Shown piece by piece: positions 63,746-64,000 of a DNA stretch of 64,000 bases. A program made the translations under genes and the position numbers. The stretch's first letter is position 1, and every line of letters starts with the position of its first letter. The notes under the pieces were generated by a model that saw nothing but the letters and a program-made list of their open reading frames with translations, ran no database searches and was not told where the DNA came from. This DNA is from Hydrolagus colliei (taxonomy: Eukaryota), in the NCBI GenBank assembly GCA_035084275.1, contig CM068745.1:59954001-60018000 (forward strand), in the 5' to 3' direction.

Positions 63746-64000
63746 CTGTAAAACACTTTGTGACATTTAACTACATGTAATGTGTGTTTATCAGTGTATG
63801 TCATGCACTTGAAATTGAAAAACACATCCAGGTTATATACAAACAGTGCACTATTCCAGATTCAAAGCTTATCAAGCGATTTGAATGCCAATTGCCAGGA
63901 TGTGATACTTGGCTAAAGAAATCTGGGTGCAAATGGTGAAAGTCAGACTTTAAAGATCCCTAAATATTGAATACATATCAAGAAATGGTATGTATTTGAT

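Overview
Eukaryotic, AT-rich, CpG-depleted vertebrate DNA, most likely a cartilaginous fish (inferred from the mix of Deu-domain tRNA-SINEs, L2, CR1 and Penelope-like repeats). It is intronic or intergenic: I found no intact or recognisable host gene, and the long ORFs are retroelement relics or minisatellite artefacts. Contents: many L2 and CR1 fragments; about 20 tRNA-derived SINE copies; a 5'-truncated Penelope-like (GIY-YIG) element with an 8-bp TSD; six short derivatives of its 3' terminal repeat, five retaining a minimal hammerhead ribozyme motif and three arranged as head-to-head palindromes; four copies of a non-autonomous hAT element carrying a G-rich VNTR and housekeeping-promoter motifs; an EnSpm/CMC-like MITE; a Tigger-like MITE whose empty site is visible in a local duplication; several small duplications and palindromes; and a few candidate enhancers and exons. 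Family names come from recalled consensus features, not database searches. Identities and repeat counts are estimates by eye.
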